Shown: positions 1-8,660 of the stretch, one piece after another
Position numbering within the stretch: position 1 is the stretch's first letter
How the letters are laid out: every line of letters begins with the position of its first letter
Assembly: GCA_977017575.1 (NCBI GenBank)
Contig: CDRNVI010000022.1
Coordinates: forward strand, 92,424-156,423
Reading direction: 5' to 3'
Origin: Paramoeba atlantica
Taxonomy: Eukaryota > Protista > Discosea
DNA: 64,000 nt
Made by a program: the position numbers and the translations under genes
Notes under the pieces: generated by a model
The model's database searches: none
The model's input: the letters and a program-made list of their open reading frames with translations, nothing else
What the model was told of the DNA's origin: nothing

Positions 1-2
1 CA

Positions 3-254
3 GTCGATCGTGTTCAACAACGCCTCCATCAAGTGGAAGACCCCAATGACGTATTTGGGAAAATGATGCTTGAGGAACAGCTCAAGCAAACTCGTATTTC
101 TCGCCGTGCCAACCCTGTTTGCTATAATTGTCGTAAACCAGGTCATATACGTGCTAACTGTCCTCTTTTGACTCAGATTTTTCAGAGGGGGGTGGCGAGT
201 GGCGCTGCGCGTTCCCACCAAATGGTGCGCAGCGAAAGACGGACAATCCACTAG
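3..254 (+). CDS. Gag-like protein, C-terminal part with CCHC zinc knuckle (5'-partial)
   Basis: CYNCRKPGHIRANC fits CX2CX4HX4C. The frame is open from position 3 (VDRVQQRLH), matching VERVQQRLH in copy 2. Confidence 0.85.
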   Translation, partial: VDRVQQRLHQVEDPNDVFGKMMLEEQLKQTRISRRANPVCYNCRKPGHIRANCPLLTQIFQRGVASGAARSHQMVRSERRTIH

Positions 255-257
255 GGA

Positions 258-1165
258 TTGTTCCCCACCCCAAAAACTACTCGTGTCATTGGATTGAAGA
301 GATCGTGGAAAAGTTCGCAAAACTCGTTCGTGAGGTGCTCTCCCAAATTTCCCAAAATCAGTGCCCGGAGTGTGCCCAAAACTACTCGTATCCCAATACA
401 GACCAAAATGCATCCTTGCACACGACTGATTCCACTAAGGGTCTTACCTCAAACACGTGTCGCGCACCGCACAGATTCGCAAACAGTCAGAGGACTAAAA
501 CGAGAACACAGTCGCGATGTATCCCACGACCAAGTTCAAAACATTACTCAGGCAATTCTGAGGATAAATCCGGACGATCCGGACTCCGTCCAGCTGACCG
601 AAGCGATTCAGCCGATGTGGGCAAAGTCGACTTGGAACAACAGAACACGCCTATGGAAAAACGTAAACGAATTTTGTCGCGTGAAGCACCGAGAGATGAA
701 TTCAGCAACCGCCATTTTGTATCTCCAGACTCTACGCGTCGCGCCGTCAACTCGCCTCAATTATGCTCGCGCTCTTCACACGGTTTTCACGTTGATGGGG
801 ATGGAATGCAATCCGTTGAAGTTGTTCACAAAAGCGATTCAGGCCCAGGGGGGCACGGAACCACAACGTCAAATGCAACCGATAACACCTCCCATGTTGC
901 AAAAATTGTGCACACGCCTGTCGATAACACAAGCAATGACGGTCCTGCTATGCTGGAAAGCCGCGTCACGCTGGACCGAAACGGCCGAGCTAAGAAGGGA
1001 GCAATTTCTGAGTGTAAATTCGAACGAAATAATAATCTACTGGGGACGTTTCACGAAGACCACTCGTCTAAATCCGTACCGACCGTACATGTACGCGATC
1101 ATCACGGGTCCGGGCACAAACCAAATAGCTCAGTATGTAAGCAGCCTGCGACCAGGGCAACGAAT
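258..1165 (+). CDS. Tyrosine recombinase, N-terminal part (interrupted by LINE)
   Basis: PMWAKSTW, LLCWKAASRW and NPYRPYMYAI align to copy-2 YR. Removing 1166-5582 rejoins LRPGQR|MSTATVQEMD in frame. Confidence 0.85.
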
Positions 1166-1199
1166 CAAAAAGACGAATCAAAAAGACACAACGAATCAA

Positions 1200-4100
1200 A
1201 AAGACACAACCGTTGCAACGCTTAACGTTACGACGTTAAAACTCGAGGGGGAAGATGAATTCTCTCTTCGAAGATGCACCCGTTTGAACGAGGTGCTTGC
1301 TTTCATGCAGGTAAGGGGGGTTGGTGTCATGTGCCTTCAGGAGACGAGATACAATTTCTCGAAGGAAGGACATGAGGATGGAATCCTCTACAGGCAGGTT
1401 GAAAACCTAGGGGAGAGGTTTCACCTGTATTTGCAGTCGGCCGCCGCACGCGATTCATATAATGGCATGGCCATAGTGAGCCGGCATGCGTTTCGGAAGG
1501 TTTGGATGGTGAGCAACAGGGTGATGGGAGCTGAGTATCCAAATAAAAAAAAATCATCATCCAAATCATTCCGGATTGCTCCGGATGGTCACTGGCAAGC
1601 CAGACCCTTCACAGACAGATTTGGAAGTTCCGAGGCCGACGTCCTCTACCAGTTTCCGCTTGTCCAAGGCGGCACCAACGTGCTGTTGCCAACACGCTGC
1701 GTCGACGAACTGTACGTCAACACGGCTTACCCAAGAGGTGTAAGCCGGGTAAGGGAGCTGGTTCCCTGAGGAAAGGGAGCTGGTTCCCTGAGGGAGCTGA
1801 GTATCCCCTGGAGGAGGGGACCGGCACTTTATTCAATGTCTATGCCCCAATACGGGACTCCTCAGAAGCCGTTCATGCGGCATTTCTGGGTGACTTGGAC
1901 AAGGCGTGTCGTGAGGTCAAGGCTGAACGGAAACGAAGACCTTTATTGGTCATGGGGGATTTCAATGCACCGATAACGCTCGTGACAAATCCGAGCATGG
2001 ATCCCCCAGCGGTCTCTCAGCTGAAAGGCCTCTTGTGCTCCATTGGCTGTAAGTCAGCACACACCCTCTGCCCGAGCAAGAGGAAATGGACATGCGAGTT
2101 GCCGGGCAGGAGGGCGGAGACAAAGGACCGTCGCAACGTAGGAGCAGAGAAGGTGGGGCAGAAGGGGGAAGAAGGAAAGGTGGAAATGGGAAGGAAAGGA
2201 TCAGAGCCAGAGGGGACGGATAACAACGGTATGGTGAAGAGGGGAAGGGAAGGAGAGGAAAATGGGGACAAGGCCTGCGAGTGCATGCACGTAAAAGGGG
2301 AGGTCGGCAACAAGGGAGGTAGCAAAAGGCGTGGGGACAACAAGGTGCGGAGACAGCTTGACCACATCATGGTCAGTGAGCGCTTTGCCTCCAGCATTAG
2401 GAGGCACAAAGTACTCAAGGCGCCAGTGCCTACAGTACACTGCGTCGTTATGGCGGATGTGAAAATCAAGTGGCGTTCTAAAGGTACAGGGGGGCAAAGC
2501 AAGGTACCCTGGCCAAGACTTGGAGATGAAGAGAAGAAGGCATCCTTCCAGCAAGCAGTGTGGGAAATGGCGAAGAAAGAGGAAGAGATCACATGGGAAC
2601 ACTTATCGGAAAATATGGTACATACAGCGAAAAGACTCTCAAAAAAGGACCGAACCCCAAAAACGACCAACGCGCCTACAGGGACAGAAAACACACCACC
2701 GGGTACAGAAACACCGCGCATCTCAGGGTTTCGCGACTTATTTCTTCAGAGTCGAAAACCGGACCACTTCAAGGAAGTGCTAAAAGAGCACGGAGAAGAA
2801 ATTGAGGCGCAGATTGGGCAGGAATGCGCCGAAATTGAAGCAGGTCTGCGGCGAAACCGTTCTAATCCGTGGCGTACTCTACGTAGAATTTGCGGTTTGT
2901 ACAGGGAGACTCTTTGCATCGAGACCTCGTCGACAAGGGAAACTCTTAACATTGTTAAAGATTTCTTTGCTCGTATGGGGTCCGATGATCGCGGAGATAA
3001 AGATATAAAATTTGACAAAGTAGTCAGCCCGAAAGTACCAATCAACGATGAAAGTTTCACTGCAGAAGAGCTCGAGGACGGCATCAGTAGACTAGCGCGC
3101 AACAAGGCACCTGGAATAGACCAAATTCCGGCGGAGGCACTCAGAATGATCACAGAGCATGCTGAACTGAGAAAATCCTTATTACATATTATAAACGAGG
3201 TTCATCGAACAGGGGTTTCGCCTGCGTCCTGGAAAATTGTCCTTCAGGTGCCTATTCCAAAAAAAGGCGACCTGACACAAATAGCGAATTGGCGGCCAAT
3301 CTGTCTCGTGAACAGTGCGGTTAAATTGATGAATGCAATGATCCTGAAAAGAATCAGACCATCCATCGAGCCGCTCCTTCGCGACAGTCAATTTGGTTTT
3401 CGGCCAGAAAGGTCCACGGCAGGGGCGCAAATCATTTTGAATGATGCAAGAGTTCGTGCGACCAGGGGCAAGAAAGGCATTGCAGTGGCATTCATGGACT
3501 TCGCAAAAGCATTTCCCTCGGTATCGTTTCATGCTATCCGTGCTGCATTGAATGCCTTTCATGTCGGACCCGCGCTTACTAGGATGGTAATGTCCTTGTA
3601 CTCGAATTTAAAAGGAATAGTCCGCACACCATACGGAAATACGGATTCTTTTCCCATTGAAACAGGAATTCTTCAAGGGGACGTGCTTGCTCCTTATCTC
3701 TTTGTGCTTGTAATCGATAGGATTCTCAACAAAGCACTCGATAACAAGCCGCTCGGGATTCTTCTAAGGAGCAGCGGGACGAAAAGCAGGGGAATTCAAG
3801 AATTTAGACTAAAGGACATCGACTACGCAGACGACATAGCACTTTTAGCTTCCACGAAACATGAAATATCGCAAATGATCGAAGCTACGGCAAATGAGGC
3901 AAAACCAGCTAATCTGAGGATTGCCGTGGGGAAAACCAAGACTGCGTGGATGGCCTTTGGGAAAGTTCCGGGGGGGACGCGAGAACTTCGAGCAGGATCG
4001 CTTGGCAAGATTCCTCTTGTGGATTCCTACCGGCATCTTGGTCATCTTCAAGATGCTACAGCATCATCCCCCATCAAGGACAGGCTAAGGCTCACATGGG

Positions 4101-5530
4101 CAGCATTTCGTAAACTCAGTGGAATTTGGGCTTCTCCTCTGAGTGCTGCCACGAAAATACGCCTGTTTGACTGCTTGGTCTACCCTATTTTAACGTTTGG
4201 TGCAGCCTCTCTTTCTCTTTCTAACAAAATGCTTCGAAAAACGGAGGTTGAGGTAAATATGATGAGGAGATTCGCTTGTAACTCAGCAAAGCTTGACGAT
4301 TTCGGACATTGCTACCCATTAGAGTCCTTGTATTGTGGTACGCCTCGATTTTCGACCGTGCATCGTGTTGCCCGTGCGAAAATCGTTGGCCACATGCTCA
4401 GGCACTCCTCTACGTTTCGCGAGCTCGTTCAATGGAATAGCACGGAAAAAACAAGAAATATTTCTCCTAGCGAAGCAAGTTTTAATGATCTAGGGGTCAC
4501 TCTGGAGCAGGCGCTTGTTTACTCGCAGGATCGGCTACACTGGCAAAAGCTATGCGATGAGCTCAGGCAGAAACTTGAACCACTTCCGATGTATGAGGTA
4601 TTAAGGTCTCCAAGGTGGAAAACTAAACACACTCAAGCGGTCAAAAGCAAAAGCTCTTATGAGCTACAATTTGTGGAGGAAGGCTCGGATCCGTTCCCCA
4701 TGAGTGAGGGTGAGGTTCATATGTATATTGATGGCTCTGTTCGGCAGTTGCGGGGGTCCAAGGAACAAAGATCCGGTGCGGGAATAGTTCTGAGAATGAG
4801 TGGAACAGAAGACAAATACTATTCCATAGCATTGGATGCTGGCTCAGCTGAGAGAGCTGAGGTTGAATCGCTGAGGGAAGCGCTGGAAAGGATACCTAAT
4901 GAGGCTCAAACAGTTGTCATACACACCGATTCGTTCTATGTATGGAATTTCTTCCATCATACTCGTCTGCGACGGCGAATCATTGGGTATAACAATCTAC
5001 CGAATGGGGGTATCCTTGAGAAATTGGATCGGGAAATTCGAACGCTCCAATCGATGGATAAAAGGTGTTACGTGTGCAAAGTGAAATCCCACAACGGGAA
5101 CATTTACAATGAGAAGGCAGACACCTTGGCGCTTGCAGGGTCGAGAAAAATAGTCCCAGACTCAGAAATAAAGAGGAGAAAGACTGCGACAAGTGCCTCA
5201 GAAGCTCAAAGGGTTAGCTCAGAAACCGTCCAAACCATGAATCGTCCTCGGAAACACTGTGGCCAAATACCTAAGCCATTAGGGAAAAGACGGGATTACT
5301 TCAAGATTGCAGAAGGTGATCCTCTCTCCAAAAAGGGTACCTCGCCACCTGTAGAGACTGGAGTGGATTCTCCTGAAAAGAAAGAGTGTTTGCCTGAGGA
5401 ATGTGATGCCAAAAATACAAAGTTGCATGAAAGACGTACCACGCCCGGTTCAGCGGACAAGGAGCATGAAAGGGCGAATTCACCTGAGAGAAAGACGTCG
5501 AAGCGACGACAAAAACGGATGTGTTCTTAA
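1200..5530 (+). CDS. LINE polyprotein (APE endonuclease, RT, RNase H), disrupted by a 251 bp insertion at 1541-1791
   Basis: APE: TLNV, LQET, NVYAP, MGDFNA, QLDHIMV. RT: KAPGID, DFAKAF, GILQGDVLAPYLF, YADD. RNase H: YIDGS, AERAE, HTDS, VKSH, NEKAD. Removing the insert and one TSD copy restores the frame (GAEYP|LEEGTGTLFNVYAP). The start codon was not identified. Confidence 0.88.
1541..1791 (-). mobile_element. SINE-like non-autonomous retroposon, 5'-truncated copy
   Basis: 15 bp TSD GGGAGCTGAGTATCC at 1526-1540 and 1792-1806. About 210 bp match 20801-21010. The orientation is inferred from the fixed tail end. Confidence 0.85.
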
Positions 5531-5582
5531 CCGATGCAAATCGGTCTTATAGGATAGGATAGGATAGGATAGGGCAACGAAT

Positions 5583-5850
5583 GAGCACCGCGACAGTTCA
5601 GGAGATGGATCTCCATATTCGAGACGTCCTAGGCGACGGATATGGCACGCACTCAATCAAGAGAGGAGCCATCACCTTTCTATTTCAGGAAATAGTAGAA
5701 GGCCACCTCAACTTATCGGAAGTAATGAATCTCTCAAAGCACTTGAACGTAGAAAGTCTACTGCGGTACAACGCCAACCAAATAACTACGGCAAGAGCGT
5801 TAGGGACTCAGAAGGTGTCAGTACTTCTCCCCGGTGCATCGATAATGTGA
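5583..5850 (+). CDS. Tyrosine recombinase, C-terminal catalytic part
   Basis: GYGTHSIKRG, SKH and LLRYN supply the H-x-x-(K)R, H and Y catalytic residues. Confidence 0.87.
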
Positions 5851-7439
5851 TGGTTCAGGAGTTTTACGAACAGGTTCCTTTCCTTAAATCGTATTCAATT
5901 TTATGTCCAAGGCGCAGTTCCAAATTAGCTAAAACCGACGACTACCATATCCCCTTGCATGCAAAGGATAATATTCCGACGTTGAATGTTCAAAAATTAC
6001 GGAAGTGGCTAACGGAACAACAGAATGATAGGCTAACGTACGTTCTTGATGAACTCACCAAGTTGCCCGAGAAAGCTGAGTCCGCTCCTTGCATTAAACC
6101 GGCATTGGCTCCAGGAGACATTCCAGCATTGATTCGGTCTAAAGTCATATCGAAGGTATCTACCGAAGAAGCCAAACGACGCCCGACCATGCAATATATG
6201 GTTCCGTTCACTGTCCTTGAAAAAGACGACGCGGGCAAAGACAGAAGACGTTTTATTTCATGGACACGATCAGACAATTTACGCCTAAAGGACTACGAAC
6301 CAGCTGTTCCTCTCCTACACCCTTCTCGTTATTTATACGCAGTAAATGCTGAGGTGGGGGTAAAACGTGATCTAATGTGTGGTTTTTACCAGGTTGGCTT
6401 ACCCTTACGATCCCGAGCAAAGTTTCGGTTTCGTGCAGAAGATGGGCAATTATACGAAATGAATGTTTTACCCATGGGCCACAGATGTGCGCCTGAAATT
6501 ATGCATTGCATGACAGCAGCGTTGGCAGGAAATAAAGATTATTGCTCAAAATCCCACTCGTATCAACACGGTTCTACTGATATCTATATAGATGGAGTTC
6601 GTTTTTCCGGATCTAGAAAACATGCAGACGAGTATGTTTATTTTATTGACTCGCGTGCGCGAGTGGCAGGAGCTCGATTTAAAGATCAGGACGTTCCTCC
6701 GACGAAACAATACGTGTTCAACGGAGTGAAATTTGATCACGCATCAAGCCGGGTCTGCTTGGGACCGAAGGTTGTGAGCAAATTGAAACGGGATACTTTT
6801 TCGAGACTCACTTTCTTAGAGCTGGAGGCGGCGGTGGGGCGTCTACTGTACTGCTCTTCGATACTTGGTGTGGTAATCCCGCAATATCACTTTGCGATAA
6901 AAATAGTACAACGACGTATTAATTACTTGAACCGACATCCTTTTGCAAAGGACAAAATCGTGGATCTTCCCATGAAAACTCGTGTGATCTTAGCTCAATG
7001 GCGTGACGACTTGATTAAAAACGTGCCGATAAGAGCACCCCCTCACCCCGCCACTGCACCTCCGCGTCATAAACTCTTTACAGACGCCTCCTCAAAAGGA
7101 TGGGGAGCAATTCTGTACATGGATAGCGGAGAGGTTAAGATTTTGGGCGCACCTTGGCCAGCAGAATGGACCTACGAAGTTAACAAATCAGAAGCGGCGG
7201 CGGTGCGATTCGCCCTCGAAGAATTCCAAAAATATTTCGAGCAAGGGACTTGCGTTCAGCTTTGGATTGATAATACGTCTTGTCGAGCAGCGTTGAATCG
7301 GAAAATATGCAAGTCTGATGGCATAGCGAAAGAATTGAAAAGCATTTTACAGAGTTTAAAGAATAAAGGAATATGTATTCAAGCTCATTATATTTCTACG
7401 AAACTAAATCCAGCGGACCCAATAAGCAGAATTTTTTAG
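5847..7439 (+). CDS. Reverse transcriptase + RNase H (DIRS/VIPER type)
   Basis: RT motifs KRDLMCGFYQV, LPMGHRCAP and YIDG; RNase H motifs LFTDAS, NKSEA, WIDN and NPADPISR. The same frame is also open across the whole YR gene (see findings). Confidence 0.9.
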   Translation: MMVQEFYEQVPFLKSYSILCPRRSSKLAKTDDYHIPLHAKDNIPTLNVQKLRKWLTEQQNDRLTYVLDELTKLPEKAESAPCIKPALAPGDIPALIRSKVISKVSTEEAKRRPTMQYMVPFTVLEKDDAGKDRRRFISWTRSDNLRLKDYEPAVPLLHPSRYLYAVNAEVGVKRDLMCGFYQVGLPLRSRAKFRFRAEDGQLYEMNVLPMGHRCAPEIMHCMTAALAGNKDYCSKSHSYQHGSTDIYIDGVRFSGSRKHADEYVYFIDSRARVAGARFKDQDVPPTKQYVFNGVKFDHASSRVCLGPKVVSKLKRDTFSRLTFLELEAAVGRLLYCSSILGVVIPQYHFAIKIVQRRINYLNRHPFAKDKIVDLPMKTRVILAQWRDDLIKNVPIRAPPHPATAPPRHKLFTDASSKGWGAILYMDSGEVKILGAPWPAEWTYEVNKSEAAAVRFALEEFQKYFEQGTCVQLWIDNTSCRAALNRKICKSDGIAKELKSILQSLKNKGICIQAHYISTKLNPADPISRIF

Positions 7440-7445
7440 AGATTA

Positions 7446-7453
7446 AACACACA

Positions 7454-7488
<35 letters not shown>

Positions 7489-7492
7489 AAAA
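7446..7492 (+). repeat. (CA)n microsatellite followed by poly(A)
   Basis: Read directly, just after the RNase H stop codon. Confidence 0.9.
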
Positions 7493-7638
7493 TATGTATT
7501 TAGTGAATGATCAAATGTAGGTTTATCAAGCTTCCGTTCGCAGCTTGGCCAGCTTCGCAATGGAATTTTGTATGTGGAACGTGCAGCGATTTAATATACG
7601 AGAGACAGGATGTTGTGAGGAGACGAGCGATCGGGGTG

Positions 7639-7759
7639 GTGGCTGCGTGCCAGGGGGCAAAGCCCCTTCACTACGTATTATATTTTTATATTATGCTTTT
7701 GAAATAGTTTGCGCGCTATATACATCCGGATAGTTGCATCAATAATACGAATATTCTTT
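7639..7759. repeat. 121 bp direct repeat, second copy at 8110-8230
   Basis: Both copies run from GTGGCTGCGTGCCAGGGGGCAAAGCCCC to AATATTCTTT. Confidence 0.88.
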
Positions 7760-7882
7760 AGCTAGTAAATATAGGCAGTGGATGAGATTCAGGATATCAG
7801 CGATATATTTCTTTAGCTCTTACAACAATGTTTTCTTACAAGTTGTTTTTAATGTATGTGGAAGACTCTCGTCGTTGATTTC
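7750..7882. repeat. 133 bp dispersed repeat, second copy at 12265-12397
   Basis: Both copies run from AATATTCTTTAGCTAG to CGTTGATTTC. Confidence 0.88.
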
Positions 7883-8070
7883 TGATAGTTTACGAGAGGA
7901 AATTTAGACGAGAACAAATACGAATTTGAAAAGACTCCTTTTTCTCGAATGGCCCTACGAGGCACATAATCTCTGATTATGAATTCTATTATATCTTTTA
8001 ATATGATTTAAATTATAACTTTATGTAGATTGTGTATAGTTTTATAGCTTACATTCTCTTACAAGTTATT
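7883..8070 (+). mobile_element. Partial, inverted copy of the AT-rich TSD-less insertion family
   Basis: Begins TGATAGTTTACG (compare TTATAGTTTACG, the reverse complement of the full copies' end) exactly where the 133 bp repeat stops. Carries TGGCCCTACGAGGCACAT at 7950-7967. Confidence 0.6.
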
Positions 8071-8660
8071 TTTATTAGTGTGCGATGCCCTCCCACCAGC
8101 CCCCAACCAGTGGCTGCGTGCCAGGGGGCAAAGCCCCTTCACTACGTATTATATTTTTATATTATGCTTTTGAAATAGTTTGCGCGCTATATACATCCGG
8201 ATAGTTGCATCAATAATACGAATATTCTTTTTTTTTGAACAGCACTGCCTCAGGTATATCAATTCTCCTAGGCTGATGTTGCCATTTGTTCAACCGAATT
8301 TCTTGTATCTCTACACGGTTTACTTACTAATGCTTTCTTGAAATACAATCACAAGTGTCTCTTTCGAAGATTGAAGATGGGGTATTCCAATACAAAAAGT
8401 GGTCTTAATTTCCACCAACTCCTCAATAATCTAACGCAAATTGAAGGTATTTTTTTTTTTTATTCTATTAGAATTTCCCTGAGTTGGTGATCTCAGGCTA
8501 CTATTGAAAAGGGAATGTTATGGTCTTTCGGTTTTATATAACAATATCTTCATATAGTCGAACGTGTACGAGCTGCCGTCATATGTTAAGAATTTGGGTT
8601 TTCTCAAATACCCGTAAATTTAGATTACAAATTTTACTTTAAAGAGACTTTAAATATATC

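Larger units (their letters stand above)
1166..5570 (+). mobile_element. APE-RT-RNaseH non-LTR retrotransposon (RTE/Ingi-like LINE)
   Basis: 12 bp TSD AGGGCAACGAAT at 1154-1165 and 5571-5582; (ATAGG)n tail at 5549-5573; APE, RT and RNase H motifs. Confidence 0.92.
1..7445 (+). mobile_element. VIPER/TATE-like tyrosine-recombinase retrotransposon, copy 1 (runs off the left edge; interrupted by a LINE at 1166-5570)
   Basis: ORF order is gag (CCHC knuckle), tyrosine recombinase, RT/RNase H, which is the VIPER/TATE order. All three ORFs align with the second copy at 36.7-42 kb. Confidence 0.88.

Noticed and set aside
2017-2721. 234 aa antisense ORF and other long antisense ORFs over RT genes
   Set aside because: These are shadow ORFs of the sense coding strand, with no motifs and no conservation between related copies.
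5549-5573. Telomeric repeat
   Set aside because: It is about five copies of ATAGG lying between the LINE 3' stem-loop and its TSD, so it is an element tail.
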